Assembly: GCA_012295275.1 (NCBI GenBank)
Contig: CM022674.1
Location: 10,850,001 to 10,914,000 of the forward strand
Direction: 5' to 3'
Length of the DNA: 64,000 bases
Source: Chrysomallon squamiferum
Taxonomy: Eukaryota > Animalia > Mollusca
The notes under the pieces were generated by a model. That model saw only the letters and a list, made by a program, of their open reading frames with translations, did not search any database and was not told the DNA's origin. Below are positions 1 to 13,706 of this stretch, piece by piece (within the stretch, counting starts at the first letter, position 1; each line of letters starts with the position of its first letter). Both the position numbers and the translations under genes were made by a program.

Positions 1-1064
1 TTTTGAAAATAACTAATATTAGTAAATTCTCACATTGGTAATATTAGTAGAAGCTCACCAAGGGAAGTAATATTAGTTTATATTTACTGGAACAGGTAAA
101 AATAGTAAATACTCAGATATAATTTTTAGTGTTTGGCTAACAGTGATAAAAAGCAACAACAACAACAACAATAATAATAATGACAATAATGATTATTGTG
201 GTGATGAGAATATAATAACAAACTGCAGTGTGTTCTCACAGATTCACAAAGAACAAAACAATTTTTCTTAATGTAGCACTAGGTGGATTATTTTCCATCA
301 AGCTGTTATCTATACAGCTTGGTTTGTTTATGTGTCTTCCAGACAAATGTTAAAGGTTATTTTGTCAGCGTGTTATCTACTGGTTAAATTAACAACTTAT
401 AACCCCTGGTACTGATGCTGCAAAGACCATGGTGCTCGTTAAAACCCTAGAAGAACATCAATATTTTTTTTGGACAGGAAAAGGATCTGAATGTCTAAGA
501 GCAGAGTTTTAAACAAATAATAAACAGAGTAGGCTCAAATTTACTGTGTTAAACATACACACTGCTTGTCCAAAGAAGCATATACATTTTGTTTACAGCT
601 TCTTGTTTACCTGTGAAATGTCAGTAAATGATGTTATAAGTATGGTATAATTTACTCAGAGTGTTGTATAAACACTGTATGTGATGGGCAGGTATCCTGT
701 TTCACCTAGCAGGTAATGAGTTCACATTACAGAGATTATTTTGTTCCTGAGAAAAATCTAGAAAGTGTGAGGTGAGACTGCAGTATTTAATTAAATAAAT
801 AGTAGGATATTTTTATGGATGTGTGAGTGCATATTTGTCTGAATGTTGTTTTTGTGGTCTCTACATGTGCGTTTACATCATGTCTGAATGTCTGAATATC
901 TATCAGAACACACATTTAAAGAAATGTAGATGGAAACCTGAGTTTTATCAATTTTGTATTTGTTCAAGCCTGTAGAAACTATGCTAGAAAAAAGACTTTG
1001 AAGTAAATAAAGGTAACGAATGTTGAAAAGGTTTATGCAGTTTCTGTACATCTGTGTTTAATTA

Positions 1065-1290
1065 GTGTCTGAATGTGTGTTTATGTGCTGTTTGAATGTG
1101 TTCATTTATGTGGTGTTTGTTTATGTTGTGCATACATGTCTGTGTTTATGTGGTGTCTGTATGTCTGTGTTTATGTGGTGTCTGAATCTGCATGTCTGTG
1201 TTTATGTGGTGTCTGTATGTCTGTGTTTATGTGGTGTCTGTATGTCTGTGTTTATGTGGTGTCTGTGTTTATGTGGTGTCTGTATGTGTG
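1065..1290. repeat. ~24-bp tandem repeat
   Basis: tgtctgtgtttatgtggtgtctgta units. Confidence 0.85.
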
Positions 1291-2365
1291 TTTCAGGTTT
1301 ACATATCTATGTGTATCTGTATATTAATGAATCGGTCAAAGGCTGTGTTCACTGTCACTTAACACAGATTAGAAATACTGGATGTCAATCACTGATTACA
1401 AAATAAGAATATAGCTGGACAACACATACCAGTACCTTTAACGAAAACTGTTGTGAGAAATATCAGTTTGTATTTACTTAGTTTTCACATACATACATTA
1501 ATATATAATATCACACAAAATATATATTTGTCTATCAGATTTCTATTTTCTGTCATATTCACATGTAGACAGAAACCCGACTTTTACAAATTTGTCCAAA
1601 GCTGTAAAAACAGCTGCATACAAATTTCAAACAACTTTAAACATTCAACTTTAGAAATGAGTGTATGTTTAAAAAGTCAAAGTGGAATATAAATTGGATT
1701 TAATCAATAAGAGTATTTGTATTCTGGGTCTGTGTTTGTCTCCAAACTTGAGGATAATATTTGTCATAATATCTCAGCCTGGCAAACAATCAAAACTCTG
1801 CAGGTGGGAACATTCTTCAGTCTTTTCATCTCAACAGAATAAAAAGTACAAATTTTGGGGCATTTTTTTTAAAATTATTTTCTTCATATTATTTTGTCTT
1901 CTTTGGTTGTTATATTTTTTCTCTTTTTATACATTGTTATTGTTATTGATCTTCTTTGTTGTTTATAATTTTTAGCATCATATTAATATGTAAAATATGC
2001 ACTAACATAAAATGAGAAAAACTGTTAGATTGCTAAGAGCAACAGTTGGATTGGGAAAAATTAGCTGATTTTAAACAGACAGGCCAATATTTAAAGTTTA
2101 ACAGCCAAAAAGACTCACATAATTTCAGGTCTGTTTTAGATTCTTGTACTTCACATTTTAAAATTAGTAATGTAGCTAATTGTATCAGATATTTTGTAAA
2201 CATTTTTCTTATGCTCTATTTCCATCATGTATCAGTTTATCCAGATCAATATTTTAAATAACTGTTTGTTATTCCACACATTCTGTACTGGCTGTGTATT
2301 TGTTTCATTAAAAACCAAATAGTCTAATCATCTAATTAAACACAGACACACACATATACACACAT

Positions 2366-2396
<31 letters not shown>

Positions 2397-2442
2397 CACA
2401 GACACACACACACATACGCACACACACGCACACACACACAAG

Positions 2443-2510
2443 TATAGGTAATAACATCTAGGGCTGATATAAATGTTATTACAAATAACTGAACTCATGA
2501 CAGCTGGTTT

Positions 2511-2567
<57 letters not shown>

Positions 2568-2788
2568 ATATATAGGTAATAACATCTATGCCAGATATAA
2601 ATGTTATTACAAATAACTGAACTCATGACAGCTGGTTTGACACACACACAGTCACACACAGTCACACACACACACACACATGCACACACTCATATATAGG
2701 TAATAACATCTAGGCCTGATATAAATGTTATTACAAATAACTGAACTCATGACAGCTGGTTTGACACACACACAGTCACACACACACA

Positions 2789-2831
<43 letters not shown>

Positions 2832-2902
2832 ATATATAGGTAATAACATCTATGCCAGATATAAATGTTAATACAAATAACTGAACTCATGACAGCTGGT
2901 TT
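2443..2902. repeat. Compound tandem repeat: four copies of a ~70-bp unit separated by (CA)n
   Basis: tataggtaataacatcta...taactgaactcatgacagctggttt occurs four times. Confidence 0.92.
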
Positions 2903-4399
2903 GCGATAAAACTTTACCCAAGGCTGACCGAGTTTGATACACCTGTAATTTCTCACCTCCCCAGAATCTTAATCGCTGCTACCTGACTTTCTCACCTGAT
3001 CAGGTAATTAGAGTACTTAGCTCCATCACATTCCAGCAGAGATCAAAGAGGTATTTTTTCACCTGTTAAGAATGACAACTTTGTCACACATGGACTGCCA
3101 CGCCCTTTCAATATAAAATAGATAAAATAGAAATTTTGTTATTTGGTGTTTTTCTTCAAAAAATATTTTTTAACAACTTTATAATGCAGAATAGAAATAA
3201 AATTCAAATTGTCACGTGCATCATATAAAGTATATATATTCAGTTCAATTGTATTTTATTGGAAAATATGCAGAGTATTCTTTTTAACTATGGGTAAGTG
3301 CTATGAGGTTACCTTTTTTAAAATTTATTATATTATTATTATTATATTTTTCTTTTATAGAATAAATCTTTGATAGCAGAGTTTATCTCTAAAATAATAG
3401 TTTAAAAATGCTTTTCATGGTTTCTTTTCCTTTTTTTTTAAAACTAATTTTAGTTTAAATTTTCTCTCACTAATAAAGAATAAGCTGTAATTCATATAAC
3501 AACTCTACATCAGACTGCTCTCAGTATTTTTTCTTTCCCCTAATTTCCTAATCCAACCAGGCCTCCTGTCTGGTCTCATATATTTTTGATATAGAAACGT
3601 TCACCCCTAGTTAACAAATGATTAAATAAAATATTTATGATAGAAATTTGAGTATGACTCCTATCAATTTGTAATGCTGAGTGTTTTTCTTTTAAATGAA
3701 ATCACCTGACATAATTTTCAGAAAAAATAGTGGTATTTATAATGATGAAATTACAGCAGAACTAAATGATACACATGTATCATTGTGAACATGTGAAAAT
3801 GTGCAATAAAACATGACTATTATTACCCGTCACACATCAATTTAAACAGGTTAATCAGTTAAAAACTCAATAAATAAAAGATTTATTAAGTATAAAAAGA
3901 GAGGAATGTAACTCCTACAGTCTATCACATTGACACAATATATGTGTATGTAAAAAGTACCACACTGAATAAAAATGTCTTTAATTTTATAACCAAAATG
4001 CACCAAATTTTCACCTCCATAAAATTTTGAGTGTAAATATTTTTGTGTAATATGCTTTATAAGCGGAATGCATGTCAGTGAAAAGAAAGCAGCCCGGAAT
4101 GAGTTTTACATGACAAACCAATCACGCCTAAACCGCGTTGAATTTCTTTTTTTATATATGTGTCAGAGGCTGACACTAATGGTGATGTCTAAATTAACCA
4201 TGTTGTGAGAAGCTGTTTCTTTACCGTCACGTGAACATCGCCACAAAGTACATCAACCACGCTGAACACCATCGTCCATGCAGAAAATGAATTAATGTGC
4301 TCTCTCTGACTGGGGTCGCCACGGTGATTGGCAAAGTTGGGCAAGGAATTATCTGACTCATCCATGACAGAACATCGAGTTACAGATCAGTTTAAAACA

Positions 4400-4452
<53 letters not shown>

Positions 4453-4649
4453 TATATGTATGTATGAATGTATGTGTTTGTGAATATAGGTTTATCTGTG
4501 TGTCTGTTTACTGTGTTTAGACAGTCTGGATGTGTATGTGTGTGTGTGTGTATAACAATGTATGTCAGTGTCTCCATGTATGTATGAATGTATGTGTTTG
4601 TGAATATAGGTTTATCTGTGTGTCTGTTTACTATGTTTAGACAGTGTGG

Positions 4650-4683
<34 letters not shown>

Positions 4684-7600
4684 ATGGTAACTGATAGTTT
4701 AAAATGTTGTTAAACAAATATTGTATTTTTAAGCAGTTAAACTTGATCTGATTTCAGCTGACTAAATCCTGTCATATATTTTATGATGACTGCACATTAC
4801 ATAAAAGTTATCTTTGCTAATTAAGTGTGGATTTATTAGTTCTATGATGTCACAGTTTGTCGGTGGTTACTGCCCTAGAGAAAACAACATGGTTACATAA
4901 CCTGGTTACACAACTTAACATGTATATGGTTAATGTGATGTATTCAAAATTAAACATTGCTTGAAAGCGAGATTGCAAATGATTGTTCATATAAATTGAG
5001 ATCTCCAGGAAGCAATAAGTAATATAATTAAAATTAAATATCAAAATAAAAATAAATATCAAAGAATAATTTTTTTTTAGAAATGTGACTTTAATATATA
5101 AATTATTCAAAATTAAACAGGAAACAAAGAATGGTTATCACAAATTCAAATTTATTTCCTTAGGTTATTAAGTAAATGTGGCAGGAAATGCATGTTTAAA
5201 TTAATAAAGAAGATATCATATATGTATATTCTGAAAAATTCCATCGAGAATAATTTCAATCAATTTATTTTAATGTGAAATTTAGTGTGAAGTAAGAAAG
5301 TATTATTTAGAACATTTTTAATCTAAAGTTGATGTCTATACTGCAATAATGAAAGCTGAATCTCATCATATGATACGTGATACAAGCTACAGGAAAATAC
5401 ACACAAAACCTTTAATAAATGAGTGACAGAAATCTTGTTTGGGGCAGAATTGACCCAATGGCTCTACTGAGGATAGATCCTATAAACCTTTGCCTTTCAG
5501 TCATACACTTTAACCAGTGTGTTACATACACATTTACATACTTGAATGAAGACTATACATTTTAAAATTATATGTATGTTTATCTCATTAATATTTATGA
5601 AGTTTGGCAAACATCTGTATGGGGCTGTGTAGTATTGTACATTTTAAACAAATGTTTGAATGTACACACAGATAACTGTTGTAGTGACATAACAACACCC
5701 TGTGAGATATATTTATACCAGATAGAACATATCCATGTTGTATGTAATAGAATGAAGATGTGTAGAAGCTATGACAGTTAAAAAATATCTGTTCAAACAT
5801 GGTAGAGATAGAGAGCAAATGAGTGAGAAACGAGAGAGAGAAAGAAAGAAATAGAGATAAAACAAATTAGAGAGATAAATACAGATAGAAAGAGAGAAAC
5901 TGAGATTTTATTTTTCACTGTTTAGCATATTATTTATGCACACTTCAGACAAATTAACTGTCATTGTAATTATCTAAATGTTATCATTCATAAACAGAAA
6001 ATATCTTAGTAAACTTTTGAAATTATTTTTTATTATTTTTAAGAACAGATCTGTGAGGAAAATGCAACAGACTTTTCTTTATTTTTCTTTTCAACAATGA
6101 TCAGTGATCACAGACTGAAATAAAAGTGATATGAACTGGTGAGCTGTGAGTTATGCCAGATATAACACACGCTGTGATAGCAATAATTTCACTGTCTGCT
6201 TTCAAGCCAGCTTATGTGTTCTTTGATTTCAATGAGGTTATTGCTCATAAAAGTTCTTTTATAGGTATAGGAGTTAATTTCAATGCCATGATTACTTCAG
6301 AGCAACAGACTGTATGTCGGCCATTTTGAAATCAATAGTGTGGATCTGAGAAAATTGAAGGATATTATAAATATTCATGATTGTTGTTATTATTGTTATT
6401 TATTTCTTGGGTGAAAGATTTGAGAAATGTGTTGTCGTATCTGAAGCAAACCCTCTACCTGATTACAGGTATTTTCTGGGTGAAGTACAAAGATAATGGC
6501 AAATTAAGTCAGTGTTATGGATTACAAAAAAATTACAGGTGGGAAAATAACAAAACAGCTATCAATCAAAATCAGAAAAACAAGTTTGATTATAAATAAA
6601 TGTCATTGTAATGTTGTTGATTCTGCAGTTTGAAAAAAATCTCAAAATGGTTCTATTACTATTTCAAACTGAATTTTATTCATTTATTTTGAATGATCTG
6701 TTTAAATATAAATGTGTCAAAACTAGTGTAACTGCCAAAGACTAAATGTAAAACAAACTGAAACATTATGTTTATTCAAAGTAAAGCAACATGTTAATTT
6801 AACATACTGGATTATTAAAAAAAAAAACCTAATAAAATAAATACTGCTTATCCTTCTAAGAAACATGGCTCCTTTGAGTAAATAAAATATTTAATTTTGT
6901 TTTTAAATCATTTTACAATGTATTATAAATCTAAGATATTTATGCAGAAACCCAGATCAAATACACACACTCTAAATCTCACAATCCAATAAACATTTAT
7001 TAACAAATAAAACACTATTATTTGAATATACATAATGATTAAAACCAAGAATAATAAACTGAATACTGCAGAAAAGGATTTTTACTCATATATAAATCTG
7101 TATATGAACTTACAAATATAAGAAAAGCATGTTTTAAAATAAGTATGATATATAAATATATGTTAGTATGTTTTGAAACACTGTGATGTATATTTTGTAT
7201 ACTCTGGTATATTCACTCATTCAAAAGTACACATGCAGGATGGTTAAAAACACAAACACACCTTGGATTACATAATCTGCTGTGTTTACCCAGCTCATTA
7301 TCTAGCCAGGTTAGCTGTAACTTGGAGTAGTTCCAAAACAAAACAGACATTAAAAAAAATAAAATGATATAAAAAAATAAAATAAAATAAAATAAAATAA
7401 AATAAGAAAATTAAAAGAAAAGAAAAAAATTAATCTGGTTTAATTAGTCTTTTTAAAATAATTAACAGAAAATACAGTATTACAGTCTGGGTTACACACA
7501 CACACACACACACACACACAAATGATAGTTTTTAATATTTATTGATTTTGGTAAATATTTTTTTCTGTATTTTCTTTTTTATTACTTAGATCAAAAAACA

Positions 7601-7840
7601 TCTAAACTGTGAATCTTTTAAATTTAAATTATAAGAAAAGAGAAAAGAAAAACAGATGGTAAAAAGATAGTGTGTATTTACACAGCTATTTGATTTCATA
7701 CAGGAAGCAAAGGAGACAAATGAATTAGATGTGGAAAGATAGATGATTAAAACTGTATTTAAAAACAGTGTTAAAAAATAAAACAATATATCTCACACTG
7801 AAAAACACTCCTCTGTCTCTCTTGCACACACACACAGACA

Positions 7841-7892
<52 letters not shown>

Positions 7893-10319
7893 GAGACAGA
7901 CACACACAGACAGACAGACACACAGACACACACACACACACACACACACACAGATAACCATAGCAAAGAGGTGTATCAGTGTTGTATCTGATAACACAAT
8001 TCTGGGTTATTACATAAAATACTACAGGCCATTTTGAAATATTTGATAACCACTGAATTTGGAATGAGGTAGATTGGGTTTTTTCTTCTTAAAATATTTA
8101 CTCATATACAAATGAATAACCTCAGTTCATAATAAATGTCACTAATAAGAAAGATGTAAATTTTTAAATTACTTTGTATAATTTCACTTTATGTGTAACC
8201 TTATAAACATGAAAAATAATAATTATAAAATAAAAATGAAAAAAAAAAAAAAATAATAATCAAAACATTAATTATTTTCTTTTCTAAAACCATAGATTTA
8301 AAAACATTTAATTTTAATAACTATTTTAAACCACCTGTGACTATAAAATCAAACATATCAAAAACAAAACAGAAATTGAAAAACAGAAAATGTGCTGAAA
8401 CCAATGTTTACGTTTTCACTAACAGAATATCTGTGTGGTTTAGTCTGTCACAAATCAAACTGAAATTAGACACTGAGTATTTGGTGTCACATTTCACTTG
8501 TGTGACCACAAACTCCACCCAGTATTACACTCCCTGACGAGAACACCACAACCCAACAATACACACGTGACCCTAGTTGAGCTGGGGTCACATTCCTCAC
8601 CCCCCACAAAACCACAAACTACTATATCTGTGTAAGGGTTTGTGTCTCAATTATAATTATTTGAAAGCAAAGCAATAAACTGAAAAAATTAATTGGTTCC
8701 ACCATGGAGTATTGTTTGATGTTTTTTTGTTTTTTTTTAATATTGTTTCTAAATATTTACTAACGTTTCATAATTCAAAAGTAATGAGGAAAAAGACAAT
8801 TACTTTCGTCTACTTAATTTTTTTTTAAAATGAAATATTCTGTGGATTAATATATATTTTTTTGCCATCAAGATTTCATAATCTGTATTTATCAGTCATT
8901 AGTGATACTGTTGATAATAAGAATGTAACAGGTTTTTTTTAGATGTATAAATGATTTGTGTGTGTGTCTGAGTGGGTGTGTGCGCACATATATCTATATC
9001 TAATTTTTTAAAAATCAATAAGACATAAAATCTGAATATCACTATAAGAATTAATAATTCTTTCAAGGGGACAATAAACTGATTTTAATCTCCAGTGATA
9101 AACTAACAATACCAGAAATAGTTGTCATGAAATCAGTATACACCTGTTACCTCAAGTACAATATACAGCCAATCTGTTACCGTGACAACACACATTTTAA
9201 AAGGAAACCTAATATAAGATCATAATTAGAATAACTTATATATATACACATGAGTAATAAACGAAAAGATAACATTGCCTAAAAGAAATCTGTAATAAAA
9301 TAAACACACTAAAGTCTATATTTGTCTGTCTGTCTCTGTGTAAGTGCATGTTTGAACTACCTAACATGTGTATAAATTTAAATACTAAAAACAATAAAAT
9401 GATCTGAAGAGAGAGATATGCATATGCACACAGTCAACATTCACTGAACTTCTGGTACAGTTTAAAAGACATTCTCTGTGTTTGCCTGTTGAACACACTG
9501 AGCTGGTGTTTGACTGAACAAACAATGTTTATAACCACAGGAATCAACTCCTTGACATTTTCAAAACAACAGTCAATGATTTTACAGCCAACTATATCAA
9601 ATATAAACCCATATTTTAATCATTTTAAAATCCATCTATCTTTCTCTCAGTGTTTGTCCCTCTGTCTCTGTGTAACTGTTAATTATATTACGTTTTGGGT
9701 CTTCCTCACAGATCTGTTTTTCATGTTGTCAGTCTTTAAAAAATATAACTCAATTTATAAAGTGAAATAAAATTTTAACTTAAAATAAAAATAAAATGAT
9801 ATTTAAGAATGATATATAAATATTCATACACAAATAAAATAAATAAATAAAAATTTTATTTTTAATTTTTTTCTTCTAATGTTTTTTCTTTTACGTTTGT
9901 GATTTCACCATTATTTATTTTTCCATAAATGTTTTAACATTAACAAAAATATAGCCACTGAAAACACTACCAGTCAAATCCAATGTCAAGTTATATTTTC
10001 AAATATCAGTTGAATACGTTTTATATAGATAAACACATGACATCCTTCCACAAGTATAATGCATATTTAAATTATTAAAAAAGAAATAATGAAATTTCAT
10101 TAAAAATAGTATTAATAATTAAAACATATGATAACTCAGACAACAAAATAATAAATAATAATAAAGAAAGAGAAAGCATTAAGAAAAATTAAAAAGGGAA
10201 AAAGAATAAAAACATAATGATTAAAAAAAAAGAAAAAATCTAAACAAAAAAGAAAAAAAGAAGAAATTTTCAAACCTTTATGTTTTAAAATGTTCAACTT
10301 CTATTCCAAACAGAAATTC

Positions 10320-10720
10320 AAGCGAAGGGCGAAAGTTGGCGTACACCGCGACACCCAGGTGAACTGAAATTTGGTATCTCGAAAGCCCACCTCTGCACCA
10401 AGTTCCTGGAATATCACCAACAGCTGAATCTTTGTCTCCGTTTCAACTTTTCGGAAGCAGTCGATAAATAAAATCCGTTAAACTACTCACGAGACTGGAG
10501 CGATCCGGCGTTTACGATCAAACCATTCGCTTCCACAGAACGAACGACAACAAACGCACTTCGAGCGCATGACGAAAACGAGGCCCTGACCTAGTTCCTG
10601 TGATTGCTATTTACACGGCTTCAGGTGCAAATTCCGCCTCTCAGGTGACAGTGTCGTCGAGGTGCACGTTCAGTGACGGCGACTTTTGACACTTATTTGT
10701 GACATCTCTAACGGTGGTGT
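10320..10720 (-). promoter_or_regulatory. CpG-rich promoter or first-exon region of a downstream minus-strand gene (donor GTGAGT at 10490-10485)
   Basis: Abrupt GC/CpG enrichment next to a 10-kb CpG-poor tract, with a consensus 5' splice site on the minus strand. Confidence 0.5.
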
Positions 10721-11480
10721 AAAATATGCTGGCTGATATTTTACCAAAGGAATACTCTTCTTTTAAAGAGCGGTTAAAGTAGTTCTGAATTTGTTAAACA
10801 TACTTTTCCCCCTTCTACTTCCTCTCTTCTTCTTCTTCTTCTTCTAGTAAATGAAGTCAGAACGAAAACTGAAGAACTGGAAAACTGGAAAGAGATTATG
10901 GAAGATTTTGGTAGACAACGATGAAAAAGAAGTGGCTTAATTTTAATGTTTTAAAGTTAATTGTTTCTTATCAGCAAACATTTTTGAAAATAATAATAAT
11001 AATAATAAAATATGCTAAAAGATTTGATATTTAAGAAAAAGAAAGAAAATTATTTTATTTAATTTTGTTTTTTTAAAAAAGGAAAAGATATTTTAAATTA
11101 GGGTTTCTTGAAAGGTAGACTGCTTTTTAGGTAGCTTTTCAAAATATTCTTTCTTTATATATTTATTGTTTTCTAGTATTTATAAAATAATTTTGTTTTG
11201 TTTTATTTCTATAAACTTTGCCTCTTAACAACAACAGCAACTACTACAACTTCAACTACAGCCACTGAAACTGAGTTATATTTCCTACACTCACAGTTAC
11301 TGTTAATACTACTGCTGCTACTATCTTTACTAATATTCTGCTACAGGTACACCACCAATTTGCAGAAGCCCTTGGTTCCACAATCTTTCCATATTAACAA
11401 TTTTTCTGGACTAAAAGTGGTCCTATAATAGAATTAAATAACATACCACTGAGCAGCTAGATACCGTATGTATGTATGTA

Positions 11481-11533
<53 letters not shown>

Positions 11534-11591
11534 ATATATGTGTGTGTGTGTATGTATGTATGTATGTATGTATGTGTGTATGTGAAAAATA

Positions 11592-12286
11592 CAGCGATAC
11601 CTCGATTTACGAGTGCCCAGCTTACGAGTTTTCCGAGTTACGAGCAGTCGCTTGTCGATTTCTGGCTTTGAGTTGCGAGCCTAAATCCGAGTTACAAGCG
11701 AGCTTCAGATACGCCGCCGCTGGTTGGCGCAACTAACAACACAACATCCGACCAGCATCCCGCGTCTCACTCGTTTACTTCACGTGGTAACCTTGTTGTG
11801 TTCGCGTTTTGTTCAGTATTTTGCCAAATTTATTTTTTCTGACAATGGATCATAAGAAAGTGAGTGCAAAGGACAGTGCTGGGAAGAAGAAGCGGATGAC
11901 GTCCATTGAATTAAAGCATGAAGGTAGCCGACTTGGACAGGCAGTACGAGCGTAGTACCATACTGAAGCAGAAGGAGTCGATAAAGGCTGTAATTCCAGC
12001 CAAAGGCGTTAAAATAATTTGTCTGATCTCCAAGATAAATACACTTTATAAAATCAAGTTATTTTTTTTTTTTATATTCTCTTTTATATATATTTTTTTC
12101 ATCAAATATTTGTCATTTATAAATATATGTTTCTTACTTAAAAACACTTATAAAAAAATGGAGTGGTTTTGGGGGTTGGAACGGATTAATGGTATTTCAA
12201 TTAATTTCAGTTGGGAAAATTGATTTGATATACGAACAAATTTGAATTATGAGGTCGAATGAAACTCGTAAGTCAAGGTACCACTG
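11592..12286 (+). mobile_element. Internally deleted Tigger/pogo-type (Tc1/mariner superfamily) DNA transposon
   Basis: Imperfect ~22-bp TIRs CAGCGATACCTCGATTTACGAG / CTCGTAAGTCAAGGTACCACTG, with TA on the left flank (right flank TG). Transposase N-terminal remnant from 11845 (MDHKKVSAKDSAGKKKRMTSIELKHE..., then a frameshifted fragment ending STILKQKESIK) resembles a CENP-B-type HTH region. Confidence 0.85.
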
Positions 12287-12293
12287 TGTATAA

Positions 12294-12324
<31 letters not shown>

Positions 12325-13210
12325 TATATATGTACATATATCCCATTTATCTAAAGCTGCTGCTTCTTCTCATTAACTATTATAATTAACTAGCTGATAT
12401 TACCATCTGTCAGCGTTATTATTACTCCTATTACTTTTGCAGCTATTATAATTACCATTGCCATATAAAATACGTGTGTTTGTGTGTGTAAAAGCGAGTG
12501 TGTTTGTTTGGTTGGTTCAAGGGAAATAACTGCGATACATCTTAAGCTTACAAACTACACATAATAGTTTCCCTTCATTTGGACAAGCATGTGATTGTAA
12601 AGTAAGTTTGGTTAGAGATACCGACATTTTGATCTGTAGAATAAAGTACCTTAAACCAAGTCATAAATGACGTGAATGATTACAAACAGAAAATAACTAG
12701 CGAGAAAGAATACTGGCATCATTAACTGCTCATTTGTCCAGTAGCGCATAGGGTGAATGGATGAATAGGTGAATGAATGGACGGACGGACAAATCTGGCA
12801 TTTGTCAGCCTCTAAGCCAGTGCTCAGTAACCCACTGGACTGCTGAAGAGAACGTTCTTCATTGTGGTATGTAAAGATTGCTGTACAAACGATATTTGAT
12901 AACGATTCACAACTAAATTTTGAAAGAATAACAAAATGTTTCAGAACTTTCATGAGTTTTAATATTCAGTTTTTATTTGAAATAAATAGACATGTTCTGA
13001 TATGGAAATTTTGAAATTAGTCAAAGTGTTAATACTTAAAATGTGAATGGACACCAGTGGTTGAAATAGCGTAGTGAAATTAAAGGTTATCTCCCTTGTA
13101 ACAAAAGATAACCGATTGAGTGAAGTCATTGGTTCCTGTTGTGCATAGTGATAACACATCGTAAGTAATTATTTGTCTTAAATATTTTAAATTCTTTTCT
13201 TCTTCTGTTT

Positions 13211-13252
<42 letters not shown>

Positions 13253-13284
13253 TATGTATATTATGTTTATGTATTATTATTATG

Positions 13285-13336
<52 letters not shown>

Positions 13337-13651
13337 CAACTGATAGCACAATAACTTTCCAAAATGTAGTGACAGTAGTTTTCTCTGACTGATAGAAAAC
13401 ATCAGCAGACGATATATTTTCCCCTCCAGTTGACATGACTTTATGATTTCATTGTCCGAATTACTTTCTTACTTATATAATATTTAAAATAAAATTGGTA
13501 TGTTTTATTTTTTAATTTTATGAACAAAATACATATAAGAAAGAATTTTAAAAATTTATTATCATTATTATTTTTTTAACCGTTTTTAGAAGCTGTTATT
13601 TTTGGTTTATTTATTTGAATGAATGAGAAAAATGAAATCTTACAGCATGAA

Positions 13652-13706
<55 letters not shown>

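Noticed and set aside
2443-2902. CRISPR-like repeat/spacer pattern
   Set aside because: Spacers are CA microsatellites and the repeats are ~70 bp; this is a tandem duplication
11918-12223. 101-aa ORF as an independent gene
   Set aside because: Frameshifted remnant of the Tigger transposase running into AT-rich element sequence
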